64,000 bases of DNA from a virus. A model generated the notes under the pieces. It was given only the letters and a program-made list of their open reading frames with translations, searched no databases and had not been told where the DNA came from. Where the stretch lies: positions 1 through 64,000 of IMG/VR virus record IMGVR_UViG_3300045988_163643; one strand, given 5' to 3'. Numbering within the stretch: position 1 is the stretch's first letter; every line of letters begins with the position of its first letter. Shown here in pieces: positions 28,025 through 37,393 of this stretch. A program made the position numbers and the translations under genes.

Positions 28025-29816
28025 TAAAATGGTATATCTTTGTCTTTCTTATTCTTTTCGATGTGAGTTTGAGCATTTATAATTTCAAAACACGGTTGTT
28101 TTTTATAATCATCCCAACCTATTGAAACAGTCATAAAATCTATAATTATATCAGGTCTTCCAAATATACCCTTCATTTCTTTTTCACATAAAAAGTCTTC
28201 TTTAAATACCCTCGAACAGAAATTTTTCTTAAATTGTATTCCATCTAATTCAAAAACCAACAATGTTGGGTATGGATTTCTTATATTTTTACTATTAATC
28301 TTTAAATTAGATAGACCAAAGGTCGGCTTAGGACAAAACGTAAACCATAATGGTTTTAAATCAACTATTTCATTCATTTGTTTAAATGATATATCATCTA
28401 AATCTATTACACAATCTATATTAATTGCTACATCTTCTACTTCTACATCTTCCATAACTTTATCAATTCTCTTTTTCACTCTTCTTATATTACTATAATC
28501 TGTTTCTACACCAGCAGAACCATTATGTCCTTTTACTGTAAGTATTTCTGTCGATTCAAGAATTGATTTAAAATCATCTATACCATAAGTTCTCATACTA
28601 CCTATTAATCTATCTTTTTTAGGTGAAACAGATAATAATACTACAGGTTTTTTATATATGTCAATTAAATTAGTGGCTATTAATCCAGTTATTCTTTTAT
28701 CAACTAATTTTCTTTCTTCGTCTATTATTGTTAAAACTTTACTATCATTACAATTATTTTCTTCTATATATTTCTCACAAAGTTTTATACATTCTTTTTT
28801 CTTTTTATCTTGCTTTTGCTTAACACTTTTAGCAATTCTAACCATATGTTGTTGTAATGTTTCTATTTGAACTTGTGGGTTAGGATTATTTTTAGATTTT
28901 CTAGGTTTATATTCAAATTCTTCTTCTTCTCCTATTAATGCTTTAAATAATAATTCACATTCTTCCATACTACCAAATCTTATAGTTCCATTTATAATAT
29001 TAGCTAAATTAAACGATATTGTTTCAGGTGTTATATCATTTAAATCAAAGTCTTTTAATATTTCTTTAAAGAATTCATTTCTTATATTTTTTAAACCTTT
29101 ATGCACTAAGTATCCAACTTCTTTATCATGTATATCCATTATATCAGCTATACAACCAATAGCAACTAAATCCAAATAATGTTCTAACTCATTCTCAGTC
29201 ATTCCGACTAGGAGCTTATAAACAACTCCTACACCACTTAAATTATGTGAATATTCACCCAACTGATTATTGACAATAACTCCAATAAGAGCGTTACTTG
29301 TATCTCTAAATACTGTTTTAAACTCTTCTCCATTAGACTGTGGTTGGTGATGGTCAATGACTAAAATTCTTTTGCCTATTGATAATAACTCTTTAATTTC
29401 CTTAAAATCATTAGTAGAAGCATCAGGTATTATCAAAAATTCTACATTAGATTTCTTTATTCGTTTGAAAACTTTTGGGTCAAGTCCATGAAATTTTCCA
29501 TCATGAAAAAATAAAGTTATCTTTTCTTTAGGAATTTGACATTCGTTAATTAAAAATAAATACATTAAAGCAGAACTAGTATATCCATCTACACATCGGT
29601 ATCAACTAAGATACCGATATCACCCCCTTTATCAAGTTCACTTATAAATAACTCTATTCCTTTATCTACGTTCTTTATTTTAAATGGCATTTCTTGATAT
29701 TCTGAAGTAGGATTAAGTAAAAAATTTACATCATTTTCAGTCAATCCTCTATTTTTTAATACTATATCTCTTAATGTTTTACCAAAGGTGTTTTCTGTTT
29801 TTATATTATATTTCAT
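28024..29816 (-). CDS. recJ: RecJ-like DHH/DHHA1 exonuclease. Split into ORFs 29589-29816 and 28024-29565(+) inside DHH motif I
   Basis: The upstream ORF ends ILVDTDV*. The other frame reads DGYTSSALMY. Downstream: VIDHHQP and KGHNGSAG. Confidence 0.75.
29587..29594 (-). other. candidate +2 shift site GUG-UA-GAU (GUG followed by UAG; overlapping GUA)
   Basis: Skipping UA gives VDTDVDGYTSS, the canonical DxDxDG. Confidence 0.35.
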
Positions 29817-29828
29817 ATATTCACCAAC

Positions 29829-30050
29829 CTAATCTTCGTATTCTTCTATTTCTAATAAATTAACATACAAAAATGTTTTATATACGCTTTTATCATAACT
29901 AGATACTTCAAGTTCCACATAACTATTTGTTAAGTCAGCTATTTTTCCTATTACATTTTCATCTTTTGTTCTTACTCTTACATAATCTCCAACAATCAAA
30001 GTAAATTCATTACCATTATTTTCTATTGTATACATTTTTCTTATTTCCAT
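29829..30050 (-). CDS. hypothetical protein
   Basis: 73-aa ORF. Confidence 0.55.
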   Translation of the reverse strand: MEIRKMYTIENNGNEFTLIVGDYVRVRTKDENVIGKIADLTNSYVELEVSSYDKSVYKTFLYVNLLEIEEYED

Positions 30051-30187
30051 TATTTTATATCTTCTCCTTTTTCTAACAATGTGTTATATCCTAATAATTC
30101 ATAAAATGAATAATAACTTAATTTTTTACCTGCTATTTTTGTAATCCCAAATCTATCCTTCATGCGTTTTATAAGAATACTTTTCAT
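30050..30187 (-). CDS. hypothetical 45-aa protein
   Basis: Below the track cutoff. AAAGGAGAG RBS + ATG after a promoter cassette; TAATG overlap with the next gene. Confidence 0.45.
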   Translation of the reverse strand: MKSILIKRMKDRFGITKIAGKKLSYYSFYELLGYNTLLEKGEDIK

Positions 30188-30221
30188 ACTTAATCTCTCC
30201 TTTATTTACTTATTTACTTAT

Positions 30222-30250
30222 ATTATACTATCATTCTTATTAAAAATCAA
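30222..30250 (-). promoter_or_regulatory. promoter cassette (-35 TTGATT)
   Basis: 17 nt, -10 TATAAT. Confidence 0.55.
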
Positions 30251-30253
30251 TTG

Positions 30254-30613
30254 TTATTTAAGATTTTCTTTTGATAATTTTTCTGCAACTTCATTATTTT
30301 CATTGAAATAGAAAAATACATCATGAAATTTTTTAACTTCTTTATCTAATTCTTTAGTTCTACTATAGTGCCCATCAAAAGAACAGTGTATTCTTAAAGG
30401 TAAATCTTTATTATTTATAAGTCTACAACTGTCTAAGATAGAAGAATAAATAACATCTTCTATTTTCTTATATTGTATAACTCCACTACTAACTTTTTTA
30501 TCTGCAATAAGTTCTAATTCATCATTAATGTATTTTAAATAAATACCATAACTAGCTTTAGTTGTTTTGTTTATTTTATTAACAAATATATAAACTTCTA
30601 TCAAACTATTCAT
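30254..30613 (-). CDS. hypothetical protein
   Basis: Start placed at the internal Met whose ATG overlaps the primase stop (ATGAATAG). Confidence 0.5.
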   Translation of the reverse strand: MNSLIEVYIFVNKINKTTKASYGIYLKYINDELELIADKKVSSGVIQYKKIEDVIYSSILDSCRLINNKDLPLRIHCSFDGHYSRTKELDKEVKKFHDVFFYFNENNEVAEKLSKENLK

Positions 30614-31656
30614 ATTTTCTAGCACTTCTATAAAGTTCAAGAAATGCAAATTCACCCCTATCAATTGGAGATTGTTTTAAATCTAAGTATTTACCATTTT
30701 TATCTTCTATGATATAACACTCAAGATTAAAATTTACTATTTTTTGACATATTTTATTTAACTTATTTTCCCATTTCTCTCCTTCTTCTCTATCAAATGC
30801 TAAATATACCTTTTCACAACCATTAACTTTTAAAAGATTAAGTTGATATTCTGATACTGAACTTCCACCTACTGCAACAGAAGGATTATTACCATAAATT
30901 GAATCCATTTTCAATACTGATTTTTCTGCTTCAAATATAATACATTTTTTATATTCTTTTATTGATTCCTTATTTTTATCAATACCATATGCATTCATTG
31001 AAAGTTTATGTTTATATGTTATTTTATGTGTAAATGATGTATAAGGTACATATTTTCTTCCAAATACTTCTACTTGTTTCTTATCTAAATTTCTCTCCCT
31101 TATGCCGACCAGCCTTCCAAACTGGTCTCTATGTGGGTATGATTATTGAATTATTTTCAATGTTAAATTTAATACCATATTTATTCATAGTTTCAATTGA
31201 TATACCTTCACAAATCCATTCGATAGCTTTATAATTGACAAAAGTATTAAGTATGCTTCCATCATATTGTGGCAATTGTTCATTAAAGTCTATTTCTTTT
31301 TTTATAGGTTTTCTTATAGGAACTTCTTTTTTCTTAGGTCTACCAAATCCTTTTTGAAAATTTATATTTAAATTAAAATAATCCTCAATGAACTCAACTG
31401 ATTCTGCAAATGTTAAATCCATTACTTCTTGAACTAATGTTATTATATCAAAACTACCACAATTTGTATAACAATGGAAAATTAAAGAGTCTTTATATAA
31501 TTCACATTTCCATGATTCACCACCATGACATAGAGATGTATTCATAACCATTTTTTCATTTGTTTCCATCTGTTCATTAAATTCTCCGCCTAAATATAAA
31601 ACTAAATCAACTATCATATCCAATGTAAGTTTATCTTTAAGTTCTTTACTATTCAA
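30606..31656 (-). CDS. dnaG: DnaG-type primase (CHC2 Zn finger + RNA polymerase core + TOPRIM). Split: 31129-31656 and 30606-31142 in the +1 frame
   Basis: CHGGES..HCYTNCG Zn finger. ...NNSIIIPT* continues in the other frame as RDQFGRLVGIRERNL...KYVP. TOPRIM IIFEAEKSVL...VAVGGSS...LAFDRE. Confidence 0.75.
31128..31137 (-). other. candidate +1 shift site CCC ACA UAG A
   Basis: Either CCC to CCA re-pairing or skipping U before AGA restores the FPI.D..G..vG..gR-like block. Confidence 0.3.
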
Positions 31657-31679
31657 TTAACTCACCATCCTTTACTTAT

Positions 31680-31708
31680 ATTATACTAAAATTTTTATTA
31701 AAAGTAAA
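31680..31708 (-). promoter_or_regulatory. consensus promoter cassette
   Basis: -35 TTTACT, 17 nt, -10 TATAAT; precedes dnaG. Confidence 0.6.
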
Positions 31709-31710
31709 TA

Positions 31711-31742
31711 AAAAGAGATGTAAATATTCACATCTCTTTTTT
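31711..31742 (-). terminator. intrinsic terminator hairpin
   Basis: AAAGAGATGT/ACATCTCTTT stem plus T-run. Confidence 0.65.
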
Positions 31743-31759
31743 ATAGCATGTCTTATTTA

Positions 31760-33604
31760 TTATTTTTTTATACTCATGTTATAAGTTGTTATAAGTTCTT
31801 CTACTTCATAACCTTCTAATGTTTCTTTTTCCATTAATTCTTCAGCTATTGTTGATATTAATTCTTTATTTTCTTCTACTATTTGCATTGCTTTTCTATA
31901 TGCTTCATCAACTATTTTTTTCATTTCTTCATGTATTTTTTCTTGCATAAATAAATTTCTTTCATCTATTTTCATTTTACCTAATTCACTCATACCATAA
32001 TCACAAACCATACGTTGTGCTATTGCTGAAACACTTCCTAAATCTCCACTACATCCACTACTTTCATGACCGAAGAATACCTTTTCACTTACTGCTCCTC
32101 CAAGAGATACTATCATACTATTTATTAGGTCTTCTTTTGTTCTTATAAATCTATCATCTTCTTCATGATATAAGCAGTAACCTAAAGCATCTGCATGTGG
32201 TATGATTGTACATTTACTTAATTTCTTATTATTTAATATTTCTGACATCATTAAATGTCCAACTTCATGATAAGCAGTTATTTTCTTTTCTCTATCTATC
32301 ATGACTGTAGATTTTCTTTCTAGTCCAGCTATTTGTCTATCTATTGCTCTTAATAACATATTTTGAGTTATTTCATCGGCATCTTCTCTTATTGCTATCA
32401 TTGCACCTTCTGTTAATATAGCTTCCATATCAGCACTAGCCATACCATGTGTTTGACTAGCTATAATTTCTAAATCAACATCTTCTGCTAAAGGTCTACC
32501 AGTAGCATATAATTTTAATATTTCTAATCTTGTTTTTTTATCAGGGTTAGGTATGTATATATGTCTACTTAATCTACCTTGTCTTTTTAAAGCTGGGTCT
32601 AATATATCACTTCTATTTGTTGCACCTATTACTAATATATCCTCATTATCAGGACTTGCTAATTCAACTAATAATTGATTTAATGTGGCATTATGCTCTT
32701 TATTATTTTCTTCTTCTCTTTTTCCACCAACTGCATCAATTTCATCTATAAATATAACGGCAGGTCTATTATTTCTAGCTTTTTTAAATAAATCTCTTAC
32801 TCTTGAAGCACCAACACCAACGTATTTTTCATTAAATTCAGAACCAGCCATTGAATAAAATACTGCATCTGTTTCTCCTGCTATGGCTCTAGCTAATAAA
32901 GATTTACCATTACCTGGTTCACCTTCTAATAACACTCCTCTCGGAGGAGTAACTTTAAATTTCTTAAATTTCTCTTTATCATTAAAACCAGCTATTAGTT
33001 CCATAAGTTCAATTTTAACTTCTTCTAATCCAGCTACATCTTTTAAAGTAGTATTAGATTTTTCACCACCATCGAAATTTTCAGTTTGTTTTTTTATTTT
33101 AGAATTAAATTTAGATGTGTCAAAAGTAAAAAGTCCCATATCTATTTCTTCTTTTTCATCATCGTCATCTGTTTCTTTAGGATTTCTTATTTCATCAAAT
33201 AAATCTTCTATTTTTTTCATACTGCCTTCTATTTCTTTTCTTTCTTTTTCAATTTTTCTTTCTTCATCTTTTATTGATTGTTCTACTTGAAATATTAATA
33301 TATCAACATAACTATCTGCAATATCTTCTGCTACTGATAACGCTTTTTCATTAGGTTCTGCTATTTGAAATAATAATTCCCTAGCTTCAAATTTTGTTTC
33401 TATTGATTCAACATCTTTTATGCTTAAGCTATCTATGTCTACATCATCTTTTAATGTGTCTTTTAGAGTACATGGTGAGCAAACTAAATAATAACCCCTT
33501 ACACTAGGATAAAATAAAGCACTACCATAAGTAAAAATTATATCCATAAAATAACTTTTTTGTTCTTCTCCATTTTTTCTTATTATAACCTTATTCCTTT
33601 TCAT
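31760..33604 (-). CDS. FtsH-like AAA+ Zn metalloprotease with no obvious transmembrane segments
   Basis: Walker A GEPGNGKS, Walker B VIFIDEIDA, SRH ATNRSDILDPALKRQGR, HEVGH; the first ~200 aa are unrelated and hydrophilic. Confidence 0.8.
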   Translation of the reverse strand: MKRNKVIIRKNGEEQKSYFMDIIFTYGSALFYPSVRGYYLVCSPCTLKDTLKDDVDIDSLSIKDVESIETKFEARELLFQIAEPNEKALSVAEDIADSYVDILIFQVEQSIKDEERKIEKERKEIEGSMKKIEDLFDEIRNPKETDDDDEKEEIDMGLFTFDTSKFNSKIKKQTENFDGGEKSNTTLKDVAGLEEVKIELMELIAGFNDKEKFKKFKVTPPRGVLLEGEPGNGKSLLARAIAGETDAVFYSMAGSEFNEKYVGVGASRVRDLFKKARNNRPAVIFIDEIDAVGGKREEENNKEHNATLNQLLVELASPDNEDILVIGATNRSDILDPALKRQGRLSRHIYIPNPDKKTRLEILKLYATGRPLAEDVDLEIIASQTHGMASADMEAILTEGAMIAIREDADEITQNMLLRAIDRQIAGLERKSTVMIDREKKITAYHEVGHLMMSEILNNKKLSKCTIIPHADALGYCLYHEEDDRFIRTKEDLINSMIVSLGGAVSEKVFFGHESSGCSGDLGSVSAIAQRMVCDYGMSELGKMKIDERNLFMQEKIHEEMKKIVDEAYRKAMQIVEENKELISTIAEELMEKETLEGYEVEELITTYNMSIKK

Positions 33605-33648
33605 AAATATCTCTCCAATCTTTTTATAATTTATTTTATTTTATATAT

Positions 33649-33677
33649 ATTATACTATAAAACTTATTAAAAGTCAA
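33649..33677 (-). promoter_or_regulatory. consensus promoter cassette
   Basis: -35 TTGACT, 17 nt, -10 TATAAT. Confidence 0.65.
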
Positions 33678-33712
33678 ATAATTTTCTGAAAATTTATTTT
33701 ATTTATAATATC

Positions 33713-34267
33713 CTACAATTTATCTAATTCCTCTTGTAATCTTTTTATTTGGTTTTCTATGTCTTTTATCTTTGCTTTTCTTTTTTCTTCTTCTTGGTCT
33801 ACTTTTATTTTATAAAATTTATCTTTATAATCCCATAAATCTTTTTGTTTTCCATTAAACTCTTTACAACCTAAATCATATGCTTTCTCTATACCAATAA
33901 ATGGTGCATCCCAATCGCAATGTTCACCTGTACATCCATATCTATAGTCATAACCTTTATCGTTTTCAGTGCAATAACAATATCCTTCCATAATTTCTTT
34001 GTATCCAAAAACTAATCTATATTGATAAAGAAAGCTATCATTACTATCATATATATTTACAAAAAATATAAATTCCTCAAAAGGATTATCTGAAGTCATT
34101 GAATTAACATTATACCCATAATTTTCCATATCATAAAATAAATTTGCGAAACAATCATCATTCTCATATTGTTCTACAACTGCTAAATAAAATGAGGGTT
34201 CTATATTGTTTCTCATCAAATGTCTGTGAATTTCTTTTTTTAATTTACTCTTAATTTCTTCATTCAT
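33713..34267 (-). CDS. hypothetical Cys-rich protein with C-terminal coiled coil
   Basis: 184-aa ORF, own promoter. Confidence 0.55.
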   Translation of the reverse strand: MNEEIKSKLKKEIHRHLMRNNIEPSFYLAVVEQYENDDCFANLFYDMENYGYNVNSMTSDNPFEEFIFFVNIYDSNDSFLYQYRLVFGYKEIMEGYCYCTENDKGYDYRYGCTGEHCDWDAPFIGIEKAYDLGCKEFNGKQKDLWDYKDKFYKIKVDQEEEKRKAKIKDIENQIKRLQEELDKL

Positions 34268-34297
34268 ATTAATCTCTCCTTTATCTTATTTACTTAT

Positions 34298-34326
34298 ATT
34301 ATACTATGCTTTTTATTAAAAGTAAA
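34298..34326 (-). promoter_or_regulatory. consensus promoter cassette
   Basis: -35 TTTACT, 17 nt, -10 TATAAT. Confidence 0.6.
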
Positions 34327-34383
34327 TAAATAAAATAAACTTTTTACTTATTTTTAACACTTTTAATTAAAAGTAAAATAATA

Positions 34384-34405
34384 AAATCCCCTACAAGAGG
34401 GGAAT
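34384..34405 (-). terminator. intrinsic terminator hairpin
   Basis: TCCCCT/AGGGGA stem followed by a T-rich tract on the minus strand. Confidence 0.6.
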
Positions 34406-34427
34406 TTACTACCATTTATCTTCTTTT

Positions 34428-34556
34428 TTAATAAATAAATAATAAAAGAAATCCTACCAACAACATTACTACGCCAAGAATCATTTCACCAACCATTAAA
34501 CTTATTATTCCTATAACCATGTTGCATATACCTACAGCAATACGAAACTTATCCAC
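34428..34556 (-). CDS. 42-aa hydrophobic peptide (GTG start)
   Basis: AGGAGG RBS + GTG; paralog of the adjacent peptide; followed by a terminator. Confidence 0.45.
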   Translation of the reverse strand: MDKFRIAVGICNMVIGIISLMVGEMILGVVMLLVGFLLLFIY

Positions 34557-34566
34557 TTTATACCTC

Positions 34567-34683
34567 CTAATTAATAAACAATAAAAGAAATACTGCTAAA
34601 AACATTGTAATAGCTAAACCTATTTTACCACACATTAAATCTATCACTCCTAGAATAACACAAGCCATAATTATTAAAAACAT
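34567..34683 (-). CDS. 38-aa hydrophobic peptide
   Basis: AAGGAGGG RBS; MFLIIMACVILGVIDLMCGKIGLAITMFLAVFLLLFIN. Confidence 0.45.
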   Translation of the reverse strand: MFLIIMACVILGVIDLMCGKIGLAITMFLAVFLLLFIN

Positions 34684-34699
34684 ATCCAATTTCCCTCCT

Positions 34700-35734
34700 T
34701 TATTGATTCTTATATTCTCTTTCAACTAACCACAATAAGCAAGAGTTTGCTAAGTCTAATATAGTATCGTCAATCTTTTTTACTCTTTGTTCAGGTATAT
34801 TTGGGTCACATAATGTTAATAATTTATTATATTCGTCAGTGATTCTTACTAAGAATGACACACAACCAAATTTTTCATAAGTATCAGCAAAACTATTCCC
34901 ATAATCATTATTTTTAGCTTTATATGTTTCTTCTAAATTGTTTAATAAATATTGGTATATACCTAATCTATCCATTTTAGGCGTTGTAGATTCTTTTATC
35001 TCGACAGGTTCTAACATATCTTTATGCCATGAATAATAATTTGTATCCTCAGGGTTAGCTATAGATTTTAAGCTATAATCTCCATCAAAATCTATATCAA
35101 CTATAACATACATTTTTCCTCTATATTCTAACATAGTCTCTAAAACTTCACAACCCCCATATATTTCCCCTTTTTGTAAGCCCTCTCTTACTTTTACAAT
35201 ATCACCTATTTCATATTCCATATTATTTTTCTCCTTTATTTCATGTTTTAAATCATCTTTCATTGTAACAGGTTCTACCATGTCCTTATGCCATACATAA
35301 GTATTATCTTTATCAGATAAATATAAATCACCAACTGTATCTATATAATATATTGTGTCAGTTGTTCCTCTATATTTTAACATACCCTCTACAACATAAC
35401 AATCACCATATTTTTCTCCCTCTTTTAAATTATCTTTTATTCTAACAATATCTCTTATTTTATAGTCCATATTATTTCCCTCCTTTATTCCATCTATATT
35501 AGTAGATTCTTTTAAATCATCTTTTATTACAACAGGTTCTAACATGTCTTCACTCCACACATAAGGATTATTATTATTCGCTAAATGGTAATTTCCATCT
35601 TCATCTATATTTTCTATAATATCAAGTGTTCCTCTAAACTTTAACATGTCATTTATAGAACTACATCCCCCATACATTTTATCTTCTTGTAAATCATCTC
35701 TTACTTTAACTAAATCACCTATTTTATATTTCAT
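34700..35734 (-). CDS. three tandem SH3-like domains fused to a DUF1599/MazG-like all-alpha domain
   Basis: Three copies of IGD.VKVR..L....YGGC....ML.YRG...W..DMLEPV; C-terminal NNDYGNSF...RITDEYNKL...DTILDLANSCLL. Confidence 0.7.
   Translation of the reverse strand: MKYKIGDLVKVRDDLQEDKMYGGCSSINDMLKFRGTLDIIENIDEDGNYHLANNNNPYVWSEDMLEPVVIKDDLKESTNIDGIKEGNNMDYKIRDIVRIKDNLKEGEKYGDCYVVEGMLKYRGTTDTIYYIDTVGDLYLSDKDNTYVWHKDMVEPVTMKDDLKHEIKEKNNMEYEIGDIVKVREGLQKGEIYGGCEVLETMLEYRGKMYVIVDIDFDGDYSLKSIANPEDTNYYSWHKDMLEPVEIKESTTPKMDRLGIYQYLLNNLEETYKAKNNDYGNSFADTYEKFGCVSFLVRITDEYNKLLTLCDPNIPEQRVKKIDDTILDLANSCLLWLVEREYKNQ
35003..35734 (-). repeat. three in-frame tandem repeat units (about 250-264 nt); units 2 and 3 begin with their own SD+ATG (ATG at 35470 and 35221)
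   Basis: AAAGGAGGGAAATAATATG and AAGGAGAAAAATAATATG lie inside the ORF at the repeat boundaries. Confidence 0.8.
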
Positions 35735-35764
35735 ACTAATCTCTCCTTTATCTTATTTACTTAT

Positions 35765-35793
35765 ATTATACTACACTTTTTATAAAAAGTAAA
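35765..35793 (-). promoter_or_regulatory. consensus promoter cassette
   Basis: -35 TTTACT, 17 nt, -10 TATAAT. Confidence 0.6.
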
Positions 35794-35818
35794 GAGATAA
35801 AATAAAATTTATCTCTTT
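35791..35818 (-). terminator. hairpin overlapping the dnaB stop and the next -35
   Basis: AAAGAGATAA/TTATCTCTTT stem. Confidence 0.5.
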
Positions 35819-37391
35819 ATTGCATTAACATTCCTGTACTTACTTTTCCAGCATATCCATATTCTGTTAATCTTCCGAAACTATCCATTTGATACAATAA
35901 TACAAAATCTGTTCTTCCACTACGATTCTTATCACAAAATAACATTATATAATTTTTACTTTTATCTAAATAACCTTTCTTGTATTCATTTTGTTTATCT
36001 GTACCACCATTTTGACTATTGATTATTTTAAATTTCTTTTGTTTAAATGTTTTTTCAAATTTATTATATTCATAATAAAATGGGTCAATAAAGGCTTTGT
36101 TTTCAGGGTCTAATTCCCAAGGTCTAACCCTTCTTGCTAATAAAACACTATGAGCAACATCTAATACTTGTTTAGCAAAAGCAAGTTGAGAACCAGTTAG
36201 ATATGAAACTTTATCAGTACTTTTTAATAGTTGCATTGTCATAACTACTCCATATCCATTTTTTCTTCCCCATTTATCAAGTATTTTAGAATTATTAACC
36301 ATTTCTATCATCGCACTATCCATATCATCACTCTTAAAAGTATCAACCATTAAATAGTTATATCCTTCTGTCATTCCTAATTTATTAAAAACTTTAGTTA
36401 TTTTTTCAAAATTAAATTCTTCAACACAAACAAAAGTCATTTTTCCTTCAAATTTTTCTTTTATAAAATCATTAGCTTTTTCAAATATTTTATATTCTTC
36501 ATCTGTCAAATCTGCTTCAATTAACTTTTGTCTTGTAATAGTTTTACAATGGAATACATTGCTACATACATAACTAACCATAAGTCTTTTTAAATATATT
36601 GATTCAAATTCATTTGACACATACATAACTTTATTTCCACTTTCAACTAATGCCATAGCTACATTGCATAACATAGTAGATTTACCAACTCCTGTTGTTG
36701 ATGCTATTACATGAATACCTAATCCTCTTGATAAGCCCACCAATTCTTTATCTAAATATTTAAATGATTGTATATATCTATCTTCATTTTCTTCAGTCTT
36801 CCATGTCATTGCTATATCGAAATGAGAAGTATCACTAATTTCTTTTTCTCTTACTTTTCTTTTTTCTTCTTCAGTAAAATGTAAACTCTGTAATTTAAAT
36901 TCTTGAAATTCAACATCTACTCCAACATCTAATATAATTGACTGCATAAGGCTACTAAATTGAGTGCAATTTAAATATGGTGCTTCCTCTATTGGTATTA
37001 TATTTCTTCCACTTATTTCATATTTTCTTTCCAAATTAATACCTAAATCAATATATCTTTCTATTAATATCATTTTTTTCAAACTATCAATATATGATTC
37101 TATATTCTCTACATTAGCTTTTAAGTTTAATAAGTTTTCTATTCTTTCATATCCACCATAATTATTAAAAACTTCAATTAATCCATTACTTCCAACAAAT
37201 CCACTAACAGATAATTCATCAATTTCTTTTACCTTTTTAGCTAACTCATAAGCTAATGAAAAGAAAAATCTTGTATCATTTAAAGAAAAATATTCTGACC
37301 TTAATTCATATTCACTTGTTAATGTTAAATCTTGGTATATACAAGATAGTATAGCACATTCAGTATCTAATCTTTCTTTTGAAATTTTCAT
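35817..37391 (-). CDS. dnaB: DnaB-family replicative helicase
   Basis: N-terminal DTECAILSCIY; Walker A ASTTGVGKST; RecA-like core; 524 aa. Confidence 0.75.
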   Translation of the reverse strand: MKISKERLDTECAILSCIYQDLTLTSEYELRSEYFSLNDTRFFFSLAYELAKKVKEIDELSVSGFVGSNGLIEVFNNYGGYERIENLLNLKANVENIESYIDSLKKMILIERYIDLGINLERKYEISGRNIIPIEEAPYLNCTQFSSLMQSIILDVGVDVEFQEFKLQSLHFTEEEKRKVREKEISDTSHFDIAMTWKTEENEDRYIQSFKYLDKELVGLSRGLGIHVIASTTGVGKSTMLCNVAMALVESGNKVMYVSNEFESIYLKRLMVSYVCSNVFHCKTITRQKLIEADLTDEEYKIFEKANDFIKEKFEGKMTFVCVEEFNFEKITKVFNKLGMTEGYNYLMVDTFKSDDMDSAMIEMVNNSKILDKWGRKNGYGVVMTMQLLKSTDKVSYLTGSQLAFAKQVLDVAHSVLLARRVRPWELDPENKAFIDPFYYEYNKFEKTFKQKKFKIINSQNGGTDKQNEYKKGYLDKSKNYIMLFCDKNRSGRTDFVLLYQMDSFGRLTEYGYAGKVSTGMLMQ

Positions 37392-37393
37392 AA

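Noticed and set aside
31129-31131. In-frame UAG in the primase, suggesting amber readthrough or a reassigned stop codon
   Set aside because: Recounting coordinates showed the downstream primase segment is in the +1 frame, not in frame with the UAG. Other genes also end normally at TAG/TAA/TGA, so I see no evidence for an alternative genetic code.
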